From assembly GCA_964016885.1 (NCBI GenBank), contig OZ024740.1, positions 294,748,001-294,812,000 of the forward strand: a stretch of 64,000 nucleotides of DNA, in the 5' to 3' direction. The DNA is from Eledone cirrhosa (taxonomy: Eukaryota). Under the pieces are notes generated by a model. The model was not told where the DNA came from. It saw nothing but the letters and a program-made list of their open reading frames with translations, and ran no database searches. Position 1 is the first letter of the stretch. Each line of letters opens with the position of its first letter. Below are positions 46,351 to 60,680 of the stretch, in pieces. Made by a program: the position numbers and the translations under genes.

Positions 46351-49300
46351 GTCGCCACACCACTACAATCCTTCCTCCACCTCGCCACACCCACCACAAT
46401 CCTTCCTCCACCTCGCCACACCCACCTCAATCCTTGCTCCACCTCGCCACACCCACCACAATCCATCCTCCACCTCGCCATACCCACCACAATCCTCCCT
46501 CCACCTCGCCACACCCACCACAATCATCCTCCACCTCGCCACCCACCACAATCATCCTCCACCTCGCCATACCCACCACAATCCTCCCTCCACCTCGCCA
46601 CACCCACCACAATCATCCTCCACCTCGCCACACTCACCACAATCCTCCCTCCACCTCGCCACGCCCACCACAATCATCCTCCACCTCGCCACACTCACCA
46701 CAATCCTCCCTCCACCTCGCCACACCCACCACAATCCTTCCTCCACTTCGTCACATCCACCACAATCCTCCCTCCACCTCACCACACCCACCACAATCCT
46801 CCCTCCACCTCGCCACACCCACCACAATCCTCCCTCCACCTCACCACACCCACCACAATCCTCCCTCCACCTCACCACACCAACCACAATCCTCCCTCCA
46901 CCTCACCACAGCCACCACAATCCTCCCTCCACCTCACCACAGCCACCACAATCTTGCCTCCACCTCGCCACACCCACCACAATCCTTCCTCCACCCCACC
47001 CACCCCACCCACCCACCCACAATCCTTCCTCCACCTGGCCACACCCACCACAATCCTTCCTCCACCTCACCACACCCACCACAATCTTCCCTCCACCTCG
47101 CCACACCCACCACAATCCTCCGTCCACCTCGCCACACCCACCACAATCCTTTCTCCACCTCGCCACACCCACCACAATCCTTCCTCCACCTCACCACACC
47201 CACCACAATCCTTCCTCCACCTCACCACACCCACCACAATCTTCCCCCCACCTCTCCACACCCACCACAATCCTCCCTCCACCTCGCCACACCCACCACA
47301 ATCCTTTCTCCACCTCGCCACACCCACCACAATCCTTTCTCCACCTCGCCACACCCACCACAAACTTCCCCCCACCTCTCCACACCCACCACAATCCTCC
47401 CTCCACCTCGCCACACCCACCACAATACTTCCTCCACCTCGCCACGCCCACCACAATCTTCCCTCCAGCTCGCCACACCCACCACAATCCTTCCTCCACC
47501 TCACCACAAACACCACAATCCTTCCTCCACCCGGACCCCACCCCACGACACAACCTTCCTCCACCTCGCCACACCCACTACAATCCTCTCTCCATCTCAC
47601 CACACCCACCACAATCATCCTCCACCTCGTCACACCCACCACAATCCTTCCTCCACCTCACCACACCCACCACAATCATCCTCCACCTCGCCACACTCAA
47701 AACAACCCTTTCTGCGCCTCGCCACATCCACCACAATCTTCCCTCCACCTCACCACACCCAGCACAATCTTCCCTCCACCTCGCCACACCCACCACAATC
47801 CATCCTCCACCCCACCCCACAATCCTTTCTCAACCTTGCCACACCCACCACAATCCTTCCTTCACCTTGCCACACCCACCACAATCTTCCCTCCACCAGG
47901 CCACACCCACCACAATCTTGCCTCCACCTCGCCATACCCACCACAATCTTCGCTCCACCTCGCCACACCCACCACCATCTTCCCTCCACCTCGCCATACC
48001 CACCACAATCTTCGCTCCACCTCGCCACACCCACCACCATCTTCCCTCCACCTCGCCACACCCACCACAATCTTCCCTCCACCTCGCCACACCCACTACA
48101 ATCCTCTCTCCATCTCACCACACCCACCACAATCATCCTCCACCTCACCACACCCACCACAATCATCCTCCACCTCGTCACACCCACCACAATCCTCCCT
48201 CCACCTCACCACACCCACCACAATCATCCTCCACCTCACCACACCCACCACAATCCATCCTCCACCCCACCCCACCACACAATCCTTTCTCAACCTCGTC
48301 ACACACAAAACAACCCTTCCTTCACCTTGCCCCACCCACCACAATCTTCCCTCCACCTCGCCACACCCACCACAATCTTCCCTCCACCTCGCCACACCCA
48401 CCACAATCTTCCCTCCACCTCGCCACACCCACCACAATCCTTCCTCCACCTCGCCACACAGAAAACAACCCTTCCTGCGCCTCGCCACACCCACCACAAT
48501 CTTCCCTCCACCTCACCACACCCACCACAATCTTCGCTCCACCTCGCCACACACACCACCATCTTCCCTCCACCTCGCCACACCCACCACAATCTTCCCT
48601 CCACCTCGCCACACACACCATAATCCTTCCTCCACCCCACCACACCGACCACAATCCTTCCTCCACCTCACCAGACTCAAAACAACCCTTCCTGCGCCTC
48701 GGCACACACACCACAATCTTCCCTCCACCTCACCACACCCACCACAATCCTTCCTCCACCTCGCCACACCCACCACGATCCTCCGTCCACCTCGCCACAC
48801 CCACCACAATGCTTCCTCCACCTCATCACACCCACCACAATCATTCCTCCACCTCACCACACCCACCACAATCCTTCCTCCACCTCGCCACACCCACCAC
48901 AACCCTTCCTCCACCTCGCCACACCCACCACAATCCTTCCTCCACCTAACCACACCCACCACAATCCTCCCTCCACCTAACCACACCCACCACAATCCCT
49001 CCTCCACCTCGCCACACCCACCACAATCCTTCCTCCACCTAACCACACCACTACAATCCTCCCTCCACCTAACCACACCCACCACAATCCTCCCTCCACC
49101 TAACCACACCCACCACAATCCCTCCTCCACCTCGCCACACCCACCACAATCCTTCCTCCACCTAACCACACCACTACAATCCTCCCTCCACCTAACCACA
49201 CCCACCACAATCCCTCCTCCACCTCGCCACACCCACCACAATCCTCCGTCCACCTCGCCACACCCACCACAATCCTCCGTCCACCTCACCACACCCACCA

Positions 49301-52300
49301 CAATCGTTCCTACACCTCGCCACACCCACCACAATCCTCCGTCCACCTCGCCACACCGACCACAACCCTTCCTCCACCTCGCCACACCCACCACAATCCT
49401 TCCTCCACCTCACCACACCCACCACAATCCTTCCTACACCTCGCCACACCCACCACAATCCTCCGTCCACCTCGCCACACCGACCACAACCCTTCCTCCA
49501 CCTCGCCACACCCACCACAATCCTTCCTCCACCTAACCACACCCACCACAATCCCTCCTCCACCTCGCCACACCCACCACAATCCTCCGTCCACCTCGCT
49601 ACACCCACCACAATCCTCCCTCCACCTCACCACACCCACCACAATCCTTCCTCCACCTCACCACACTCACCACAATCCTTCCTACACCTCACCACACCCA
49701 CCACAATCCTTCCTCCACCTCACCACACCCACCACAATCCTTCCTACACCTCGCCACACCCACCACAATCCTTCCTCCACCCGGACCCCACCCCACCTCA
49801 CAACCTTCCTCCACCTCGCCACACCCACTACAATCCTCTCTCCATCTCACCACACCCACCACAATCATCCTCCACCTCACCACACACACCACAATCATCC
49901 TCCACCTTGCCACACCCACCACAATCTTCCCTCCACCTCGCCACACCCACCACAATTATCCTCCACCTCGCCACACCCACCACAATCCTTCCTCCACCTC
50001 GCCACACAGAAAACAACCCTTCCTGCGCCTCGCCACACCCACCACAATCTTCCCTCCACCTCACCACACCCACCACAATCTTCGCTCCACCTCGCCACAC
50101 ACACCACCATCTTCCCTCCACCTCGCCACACCCACCACAATCTTCCCTCCACCTCGCCACACCCACCACAATCCTTCCTCCACCTCGCCACACAGAAAAC
50201 AACCCTTCCTGCGCCTCGCCACACCCACCACAATCTTCCCTCCACCTCACCACACCCACCACAATCTTCGCTCCACCTCGCCACACACACCACCATCTTC
50301 CCTCCACCTCGCCACACCCACCACAATCTTCCCTCCACCTCGCCACACACACCATAATCCTTCCTCCACCCCACCACACCGACCACAATCCTTCCTCCAC
50401 CTCACCAGACTCAAAACAACCCTTCCTGCGCCTCGGCACACACACCACAATCTTCCCTCCACCTCACCACACCCACCACAATCCTTCCTCCACCTCGCCA
50501 CACCCACCACGATCCTCCGTCCACCTCGCCACACCCACCACAATGCTTCCTCCACCTCATCACACCCACCACAATCATTCCTCCACCTCACCACACCCAC
50601 CACAATCCTTCCTCCACCTCGCCACACCCACCACAACCCTTCCTCCACCTCGCCACACCCACCACAATCCTTCCTCCACCTAACCACACCCACCACAATC
50701 CTCCCTCCACCTAACCACACCCACCACAATCCCTCCTCCACCTCGCCACACCCACCACAATCCTTCCTCCACCTAACCACACCACTACAATCCTCCCTCC
50801 ACCTAACCACACCCACCACAATCCTCCCTCCACCTAACCACACCCACCACAATCCCTCCTCCACCTCGCCACACCCACCACAATCCTTCCTCCACCTAAC
50901 CACACCACTACAATCCTCCCTCCACCTAACCACACCCACCACAATCCCTCCTCCACCTCGCCACACCCACCACAATCCTCCGTCCACCTCGCCACACCCA
51001 CCACAATCCTCCGTCCACCTCACCACACCCACCACAATCGTTCCTACACCTCGCCACACCCACCACAATCCTCCGTCCACCTCGCCACACCGACCACAAC
51101 CCTTCCTCCACCTCGCCACACCCACCACAATCCTTCCTCCACCTCACCACACCCACCACAATCCTTCCTACACCTCGCCACACCCACCACAATCCTCCGT
51201 CCACCTCGCCACACCGACCACAACCCTTCCTCCACCTCGCCACACCCACCACAATCCTTCCTCCACCTAACCACACCCACCACAATCCCTCCTCCACCTC
51301 GCCACACCCACCACAATCCTCCGTCCACCTCGCTACACCCACCACAATCCTCCCTCCACCTCACCACACCCACCACAATCCTTCCTCCACCTCACCACAC
51401 TCACCACAATCCTTCCTACACCTCACCACACCCACCACAATCCTTCCTCCACCTCACCACACCCACCACAATCCTTCCTACACCTCGCCACACCCACCAC
51501 AATCCTTCCTCCACCCGGACCCCACCCCACCTCACAACCTTCCTCCACCTCGCCACACCCACTACAATCCTCTCTCCATCTCACCACACCCACCACAATC
51601 ATCCTCCACCTCACCACACACACCACAATCATCCTCCACCTTGCCACACCCACCACAATCTTCCCTCCACCTCGCCACACCCACCACAATTATCCTCCAC
51701 CTCGCCACACCCACCACAATCCTTCCTTCACCTTGCCACACCCACCACAATCTTCCCTCCACCTCGCCACACCCACCACAATCTTCGCTCCACCTCGCCA
51801 CACCCACCATAATCTTCGCTCCACCACAACCCTCCATCCACCTCAGCACACCCCACAATCCTTTTTCAACCTCGCCACACCCACCACAATCTTCCCTCCA
51901 CCTCGCCACACCCACCACAATCTTCGCTCCACCTCGCCACACCCACCATAATCTTCGCTCCACCACAACCCTCCATCCACCTCAGCACACCCCACAATCC
52001 TTTTTCAACCTCACCACACCCACCACAATCTTCCCTCCACCTCGCCACACCCACCACAATCTTCCCTCCACCTCGCCACACTCAAAACAACCCTTCCTGC
52101 GCCTCGCCACACCCACCACAATCCTTCTTCCACCTCGCCCCACTCAAAACAACCCTTCCTGCGCCTCGACACACCCACCAAAATCTTCCCTCCACCTCAC
52201 CACACCCAATACAATCTTCCCTCCACCTCGCCACACCCACCACAATCTTCCCTCCACCTCGCCACACCCACCACAATCTTCCCTCCACCTCACCACACCC

Positions 52301-54395
52301 ACCACAATCTCCCCTCCACCTCGACACACCCACCACAATCTTCCCTCCACCTCACCACACCCACCATAATCCTTCCTCCACACCACCACACCCACCACAA
52401 TCATTCCCCCACCTGGCCACACTCAAAACAACCCTTCCTGCGCCTCGCCACACCCACCACAATCTTCCCTCCACCTCACCACACCCACCACAATCTTCCC
52501 TCCACCTCGCCACACCCACCATAATCCTTCCTCCACCCCACCACGCCCCCCACAATCCTTCCCCCACCTCGCCACACTCAGAACAACCCTTCCTGCGCCT
52601 CGCCACACCCACCACAATCTTCCCTCCACCTCACCACACCCAGCACAATCCTCCCTCCACCTCGCCACACCCACCACAATCTTCCCTCCACCTCGCCACA
52701 CCCACCACAATCCTCCATCCACCTCGTCACACCCACCACAATCCTTTCTCCACCTCTCCACATCCACCACAATCCTCCGTCCACCCCACCACACCCACCA
52801 CAATCCTTCCTTCACCTCGCCATACCCACCACAATCCTCCCTCAACCTCGCCACACCCACCACAATCCTTCCTCCACCTCACCACACCCACCACAATCCT
52901 CCCTCCACCTCACTACACCCACCACAATACTTCCTCCACCTCGCCACACCCACCACAATCCTCCGTCCAGCTTGCCACACCCACCACAATCCTCCCTCCA
53001 CCTCACCACACCCACCACAATCCTCCATCCACCTCGCCACACCCACCACAATCCTCCCTCCACCTCACCACACCCACCACAATCCTCCCTCCACCTCACC
53101 ACACCCACCACAATCCTTCCTCCAACTCACCACACCCACCACAATCCTCCCTCCACCTAGCCACACCCACCACAATCCTCCCTCCACCTCACCACACCCA
53201 CCACAATCCTCCATCCACCTCGCCACACCCACCACAATCCTCCCTCCACCTCACCACACCCACCACAATCCTCCCTCCACCTCACCACACCCACCACAAT
53301 CCTTCCTCCACCTCACCACACCCACCACAATCCTCCCTCCACCTAGCCACACCCACCACAATCCTCCGTCCATCTCGCCACACCCACCACAATCCTCACT
53401 CCACCTCGCCACACCCACCACAATCCTCCCTCCACCTCACCACACCCACCACAATCCTTCCTCCACCTAACCACACCCACCACAATCCTTCCTCCACCTA
53501 ACCACACCCACCACAATCCTCCCTCCACCTCACCACACCCACCACAATCCTTCCTCCACCTCACCACACCCACCACAATCCCCCTTCCACCTCACCACAC
53601 CCACCACAATCCTTCCTCCACCTCACCACACCCACCACAATCCTCCATCCACCTCACCACACCCACCACACTCCTTCCTCCACCTCGCCACACCCACCAC
53701 AATCCTCCCTCCACCTCGCCACACCCACCACAATCCTTCCTCCACCTAACCACACCCACCACAATCCTTCCTCCACCTAACCACACCCACCACAATCCTC
53801 CCTCCACCTCACCACACCCACCACAATCCTCCCTCCACCTCACCACACCCACCACAATCCTTCCTCCATCTCACCACACCCACCACAATCCTCCCTCCAC
53901 CTAGCCACACCCACCACAATCCTCCGTCCATCTCGCCACACCCACAACACTCCTTCCTCCACCTCGCCACACCCACCACAATCCTCCCTCCACCTAGCCA
54001 CACCCACCACAATCCTCCGTCCATCTCGCCACACCCACCACAATCCTCCCTCCACCTCGCCACACCCACAACAATCCTTCCTCCACCTCACCACACCCAC
54101 CACAATCCTCCGTCCAGCTCGTCACACCCACCATAATCCTCCCTCCACCTCGCCACACCCACCACAATCCTCCCTCCACCTCACCACACCCACCACACTC
54201 CTTCCTCCACCTCGCCCCACCCACCACAATCCTTCCTCCACCTCACCACACCCACCACACTCCTTCCTCCACCTCGCCCCACCCACCACAATCCTTCCTC
54301 CACCTCGCCCCACCCACCACAATCCTTCCTCCACCTCTCCCCACCCACCACAATCCTTCCTCCACCTCGCCACACCCACCACAATCCTTCCTTCA
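46351..54395. repeat. ~8-kb satellite, 31-bp unit ccacctcgccacacccaccacaatccttcct (28/30-bp variants)
   Basis: About 260 units with extreme C/A strand skew and a 1734-bp higher-order duplication. Confidence 0.97.
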
Positions 54396-54689
54396 CGTTC
54401 TTTCATAAACAATATACAAATCTCTGTACCTGATCAAAAGTCCCGCGCGCTCTCCTCCCACCTCCACCTATGCTCTTCCTTCATACCTCCCCTCTCTTTC
54501 ACATCGGTTGTTTTATCGTGTATTGACATCATTAACAAAGAAATAGATCTCAGATTCAGATTTAATTAATTCAGACGTTTCTACAATATATGTACTAACT
54601 TACACATTCAGGTATATGTAAAAACTCATGCACTCATATATACACATAACCATACTCAAATCACACAGAGAATTCTTTTGGATTCGATG

Positions 54690-55680
54690 CAAATAAATCT
54701 GTCAGTCATTGATTTAATTGCTTTTCATTGGCGAACGTCTTTGATTGCATTGCATTGCTTACTGAGAGAAAAAGGTGATAGTCTGATGTTTGCGACCGAG
54801 TGTTATCATGAAGGAATTGAACAGGACCATAGTGTGGGCGCATTTTCGCCGCTAATCTGTCAAATTGTTGGCAATAGACGTCAGAGGTTACGCTGATATT
54901 CGGTGCGAGCAGCTCGTAGTGGATGACACCTTTCCAGTCCTACCAGACGCTCAGTAGGGCTTGCAATGATGGAGGACAGCTTTTTCTTGCCGTTGTGGCG
55001 CACTCTCTTTATCAAGCCACGATCGCTTGCGCTTGACATCAATATAGAGACAACATTTTTCACTACCATTGACAATGGATCGTAACCAGTTGGTTGTGAG
55101 ATGGTAGTAGAGCAGACAAGTTGCAGCTGCCACCCACATTAACAATTACGGCCAGTCATATTGTGGGGCACCCATTGGTCCAGCTTGGACACCTTCTTTA
55201 TTGCATGCAAGTGATTGAAGGTGGTTGTTTTATGCCCCAAGTGCTTCGGAGATTTGACATGATGTCTGGTGTGGGTCGGCTTCCACCAGCCCATGCAGTT
55301 GCTCGTCATAGAAGTCGGGTGGATGTTTTGTGCGAGGTCAATCTTCAAGGCTGTAATCACCGGAACTTAAGCGAGAAAACCAGTCCATGGCACAGTATTC
55401 AGACAATGGATGTGACCCAAATGCATTGTTAATGCGACGACTCGCATGTGTGGTTAGGCCAGATTTGATGTCATAAAGTAAACAGCCACGAATAAACGAT
55501 TTAAATAGATCAATGTTTCCTCCTCTTCGTCGACGTAACAGAAAATAAGAAATACACATAGTGCATACCAACGACACTTCTTATATATGTATACATGCGG
55601 AACCTACAGCATTTCCAGAAAATTCCATCAAATACCTCCTTTTGAAAAACGGCGGGAACTTTCTGTCCAACACAACATAT
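54690..55680 (-). mobile_element. Decayed mariner transposase gene with one TIR
   Basis: IRGCLLYDIKSG..WFSRLSSGDYSLED, KLDQWVPHNMT, WLRSIVNGSEK; TIR-like tgttgtgttggacagaaagttccc at ~55654-55678. Confidence 0.88.
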
Positions 55681-56189
55681 ATCCTAAAGTTTCTCAGTTT
55701 CCGAAGATCTTGTGAAGGAGTGAAAGCAGATATTCTGTGCTTAAACGTATAATTTCTCCTCGAGATGTATATTTCTCATTAATGATATTTTAAAAAGTAT
55801 ATGTATATCTAGAAACTGTTCTAACCGCAATGAGTAGAAATGTTTACAAAATTTTGTGCAGTAAGTTTACATTTTTTTAATCAAATACTACATGTGTTTG
55901 CATGGTAAATGATGGTAAAAAATAACTATTACAAATGGTTCCCTGACTCGGAATATCAAATACTGGGTCAAAGCACTTGCCTCAAAGATTTGGGCAGTTA
56001 TAAAGTCTTTAAAATAAACTCCGATTTAATTAGACATAATATATTTGAAGGCATCAACTTATTTAAATATTGAGCTTCAGAATTACATACAAATAGTATA
56101 AAATTACATACGAATAGTATTACATAAATTTTTAAATATTGCATATTTGATGATATATTTGAAAATATATAGTTAAAGTTTGTCCCAAG

Positions 56190-56455
56190 GCCGGAGGCTC
56201 ATCGGACCGATGCTTATCCCGATTTTCATTGACGTTAAGTGATGGAGAGTACAAAACTTCTCCCTGGAAAGAACACCAATCTATCACAGGGTTAACTCAA
56301 GTAACTGGCGGTATTGATTTTCAGTTAAGTGTACTGGAGCAATGTAAATTGAAGTGTCTTGCTCAAGAACACGACGCAGCATCCACTCCGGAAATTGAAC
56401 TCACGACATTATAATTATAAGTCCAATACCCTTACCACTAGGCCATGTGCCTTCA
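56190..56455 (-). mobile_element. tRNA-SINE with CORE-like and V-domain-like body
   Basis: Head ggcacatggcctagtggtaag, gtgttcttgagcaagacactt, aaccctgtgatagattggtgttctttccaggg. A 3' piece of the same family is at ~27645-27717. Confidence 0.7.
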
Positions 56456-56481
56456 CTGAAAATATATAACCAAAAGTCTAA

Positions 56482-57307
56482 TCTATATATATATAAAACT
56501 GTGGTTGTCTGTCTGTCTATCGATTTTTGGCACACATCTCCTCTTAGAATCTCTCACGGAATTGCACCGAAATTGCTATACTTGTACATTGAGCCCTAGC
56601 GAAGACATCGGAAAAAAAATATTTCAAATTGACCCACCCTATGTGACGAAATCGAATATAATGTATCGATTTTTGAGCGTAAGTTATCAGTTATTTCCCT
56701 TTGTTCTGTTTACATTGAGCGTCTTACGTAAAAAATTACGCTGGCTTTAACAGTTGTCGAGCCAGCAAAATATTGACCTGCAAAATTCATCAGTTCGAAC
56801 ACTAAGCTTCCGTTTTGCTTCATTTCCATTTAAAAGCATTTTAAAACAATATTTTTACTTGAAAACAAGTCTATTTAAAGACTACGTAAAACAAGCAAAT
56901 ATTTCGTCGTTAGGCGTGCAGACAGACAGTCGTGCAGAGAGGTGATATAGGCGTGCAGACAGATAGTCGTGCAGAGAGGTGATATAGGCGTGCAGACAGA
57001 CATAACTGATAATTTGGTTACGCTAATGTTTTTCTCTGCGTTGCAGTGTTTACATTTTCGATCTTTGTTAATAAATAACCAGTGCAGTTTCTATCCCCAG
57101 CATCCTCTTTTGTTATAACATTCGGGTTATCGTTATGTTTTCTTAACTTCATAAGGCATATTGTTGGTTGAGGGAATATTAATCAAAAACACCACATGCA
57201 AGTCTGCACAGTAGACACTACAGTTTTTAAGCCAAGAAAGAAACTTAAAATTGTAACTTTAACACAGCTACTGAGCGACCCCGAGCAACGCCGGGCTTTA
57301 CTGCTAG
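56482..57307 (+). mobile_element. Non-autonomous Helitron
   Basis: a|TCTATATATATATAAAA start, internal 37-bp tandem repeat (56911-57000), and hairpin cccgagcaacgccggg followed by CTAG|t. Confidence 0.85.
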
Positions 57308-58525
57308 TCATCGATATTTCTATATACAGCATCTATATTTTATATTTTACGTTCTTACCAGATTCAAGACAATTTGCTTTAATTTGAAAGAATTTATTTG
57401 ATGCACATTGGCTGAAGGATGTCACTATTTAAAGAAAACTATTAAACACACTCGAGTCACTATTTAAAGAAAACTGTCACAATTTGACCTGTTTACACAA
57501 AGCTGAAAGTTTCATTGTTATGCTGTAGATTTCTCAACTGAATCTTGTTTCAATCAGTAACTACAAGTTGGAAAGTTTGAACTGACACCTGATTTTGAGA
57601 TTATATGAACAGAAACTACGATCAATAAATTTCGATCGAATATCAGAATTTTAGATTATATGAACAGAAACTAAAATTTGTAAATTTATTATCGGATATC
57701 ACGATTTGAAAATATATGAAATTAAAAAGTGAAAATATCTGAACGGCATCTATAATTTGAAAACATACTCGAACTTTTAGCAAACACTACACATTCTAAC
57801 ATTTGTTTTTCATATCCTGTTCATTTTATTCATTCCATTTCATTTATTTAGTTATTTGTTTATTCATTTGTACTTTTATTTCGCCTTACAACGTCCGTGT
57901 ATTTTTTTGTTTGTTAATCGAACAACTGAAACACTCATCGTCGAAACCGATGGAAGTCCATTTCACCCCTTTATAAACATAAACTTTATCTGTCATAAAT
58001 GTTAATTTTTTGTTACTGTTTAGTCATGGGGAGACGGGCAATGCTTTTGGCCTTTTTCGGAGGTCCCAGACTGCTGAAAGAGAGAGAGAGAGGGGGGGCA
58101 GTGGGAGAGTTATCCACAGATCGGACTTCTGGTCTGAATGTTTTCAACGGAATGGACTCCGCTAAAGGCACACGTGGTGGGGTTAAACCGGACAACGGAT
58201 TAAGTCTACTGTGTGCTATACCAATTCCATACTACTGATGTTTATTGATAATATCTAATTAACATCTAAAATTTTTTGCTTTGTTTCTCCATTGTAGAAA
58301 CTTTTGCCGTGGAAACCTTTATATTTCTGGTTTTGACTCTTCTCACCAGCTGCAAAGAAAACAAGGAAAAAACAATAAACAAGATCATTATAGTAGCTTG
58401 CAAATCATTGGCTCTTTTACAGTAATCAACTTCCTTCCTCAAAAGTAAGCAATGAGGGAAAACATGCAGGATTATATGTGTAAGTTCACAAACTTGCAGT
58501 GTTGTATTATTTTCTATCGTTATTG

Positions 58526-58680
58526 GGTCGCCATGCTTTGACGCATAGAGTTACGGCCCTTGCCATTCTGAGTTCAAATCTCGCCAGGGTTAACTTTGCC
58601 TTTCATCCTTACGGGCTCGATAAAATAAAGTACCAGTAATACACTGAGTAATTGCTGACCTTGTGCCAAAACTAGAAACA
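58526..58680 (+). mobile_element. Meta-domain SINE with perfect 20-bp TSD
   Basis: TSD attattttctatcgttattg at 58506-58525 and 58681-58700. Confidence 0.9.
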
Positions 58681-58739
58681 ATTATTTTCTATCGTTATTG
58701 CTAGGTTATAGTCTTTAAAGAATTTATACGTGTTTCCTA

Positions 58740-59900
58740 ACTCTTTCAAAGGCAGAATTACTAAATGTTTTGAAGGTAAATAGAGCATGATCTCTATACA
58801 GACTACTTCCATACCAAGGAAATTATTTTAAAATTTATCAATAAGAAATATGTCCACAAGATCAGTGACTTGGGCCGAGTCACTCGAACCCATCGTAATA
58901 TCAAAATTATTTGGACGATTTTTCCATCAAATTCAATAATACTACGTCTAGCTGCTAAGACAATAGCACTTTCCTGTTTTGTAATATATGTAAAGTCTAA
59001 AGCCATAGATAGTGCTTCATCAAGGAGGGTAGGAGAAGTAGATGCATAATAGTTATCAAATTGCAAAAATTTAACATTATTCTTATTATCTAATTTAATA
59101 AAGCACTCAATAACTTCATTGGTATTTCCCCAAAAGTTAAGTGTAGTTTTTTGTTTGATAGTAGGAATAATTCTATCGAGGATATTTTTTTTACTAATTC
59201 TTTCTATATCCGAGGTTGAAGGGCATATTAATCTAATATAAATCTTTTTTATGGTATTTAAAGTTAAGCCTATGGGATTTAGGAATATAAAGTTGTGTAT
59301 TTTTCTAAATCCAATTGTTTTACAATATTTTTACCCCGTCTATTGAATTCCGTTAAGTTAGGTTAGATCGTTTTTTATAGTTTTTATGTAGTTCTTCGTA
59401 GATAAAGGAATTGTATAAATTAAAGTCCATACTGTATGTTTTTAGTTTTGTCAGTATGTACCTGTATTTTTTTCTGTTTCTTTTCAAATAGTTAATTGTA
59501 GTGTTAAGTTGTTTCATGAATGAGTTATAACATTTGGAAAGTTTTTTAATTTGATATTTTTTATCATATTAAACAAATCATTTTCAAAGTTATCCAACAT
59601 ATTATAAGGTGGGTTCTTAAACGTACTAAATTTATGTTTATATAGTGTTTTATTATTGTTGTTTTCTTTGTAGTTTTTCTTCTCATAATAAAAAAAAAAC
59701 CTTCTATCGTAATTAATACAAAATAAAGCATTTCAAATATATTTTCTTTTCTGACATTGGGATAGATTTACGGGACATCGGAAAGCAATCCTTGGTCTTA
59801 GCCAAAATTATTTATAAGCTCGATACAAAAGGAATAGTAATAGTTTAGATGAGTTGATAATACAACCATATATATAAACATTTAGAAAGCCATAGTTATG
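58740..59900 (-). mobile_element. Decayed Penelope-like RT (5' part)
   Basis: QFD.YYAS.SPTLLDEAL, ARRSII, FDITMGSSDSAQVTDLVDIFLI, and upstream IRLICPSTSDIE. Confidence 0.8.
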
Positions 59901-59950
59901 AATAACACTGACAGCTAACGCCACCAAGGCAGTGCTCGACAGAAGCAAGG

Positions 59951-60003
59951 GGGACAATCGTTGATGCATTTCGAACTCAATTGGTTCTCATCAAGACGAT
60001 CCC
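59951..60003 (-). ncRNA. Minimal hammerhead motif, core C3>U
   Basis: atcgtc-TTGATGA-gaac caattga gttc-GAAA-tgca-TC-aacgat, with palindromic atgcat. Confidence 0.6.
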
Positions 60004-60254
60004 TCCCGCTGTTACAACTGCTGGACTTTGAAAACATATATATATAATAATTAGATGAGTTGATAAATCAACCATATAAAGGCAACGAATGATTCAAAGT
60101 TCAAATGGGATTTTATAGTCCACAGCAAGATAGATAATAGACAGTTCAGAGTTTAATCCAATTGGTAAATTTCCTGTCACAGTAGTTTTAGAATATCACA
60201 GAGCATATATATATAAATGAATGGAAATAACCAGGATTAAATTATATTAAACTA

Positions 60255-60335
60255 TTTAATTGATTTACGAACGTTTCAATCAATACAACAGGAAAATATA
60301 TTTCTGCTATATTGATTTCTTCAGAATCTATTAAA
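60255..60335 (-). ncRNA. Type I hammerhead ribozyme with intact core
   Basis: tttaatagatt-CTGAAGA-aatcaatatagcag..ctgttgtattgatt-GAAAC-gttc-GTA-aatcaattaaa. Stem I pairs 10 of 11 bp and stem II 14 bp. Confidence 0.75.
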
Positions 60336-60429
60336 CAACATAAATAACACAAATATTTTTCTTATTACCATTTCACCTTTTTTATTACAGCAAATTCCCC
60401 AGAAAATAGTAAAAGATTACAAAAGTAAG

Positions 60430-60680
60430 TAATTTTTATTCATATATTCAAAGCTTTAGGTGAGTTTGCTTCTCAGTACATCGCTGAATTGCTTAGTGGA
60501 AAAGGGTCACCAATGTGTTATGTGGCCACAGAGTCCTCGTGGTATCAAGTACAAGAATGAAGAGCGGTGGTGATCAGGTTTTCTGTAAGTCAACTCCAGC
60601 TCTCTGGAATGAGTTCCCTATGTCTGTATGAACTGCACAATCTGTCAGCTTTCAGATCCAATCTGAAGACTTATCATGTC
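60430..60680 (+). mobile_element. L2/CR1-group LINE 3' remnant
   Basis: LVVSSTRMKSGGDQVFCKSTPALWNEFPMSV../FRSNLKTY. Confidence 0.6.

Larger units (their letters stand above)
55830..60424 (+). pseudogene. Second decayed LRR gene (candidate exons 55830-55860, ~57330-57780, 58298-58444, 60391-60424)
   Basis: The start exon/intron is paralogous to 17037-17135. Peptides CTLAEGCHY and NCHNLTCL..ML*ISQLNLVSISNYKLESLN*HLILRLYEQKLRSI. A 147-nt AG/GT exon is open in phase 2 with SSLQIIGSFTVINFL. Confidence 0.4.

Noticed and set aside
46264-49536. 1090-aa and 769-aa Pro/His/Thr-rich ORFs, and many antisense W/G/V ORFs
   Set aside because: By-products of a stop-poor 31-bp satellite. The unit is not a multiple of 3, all frames give the same cyclic peptide, and the start lies in a SINE.
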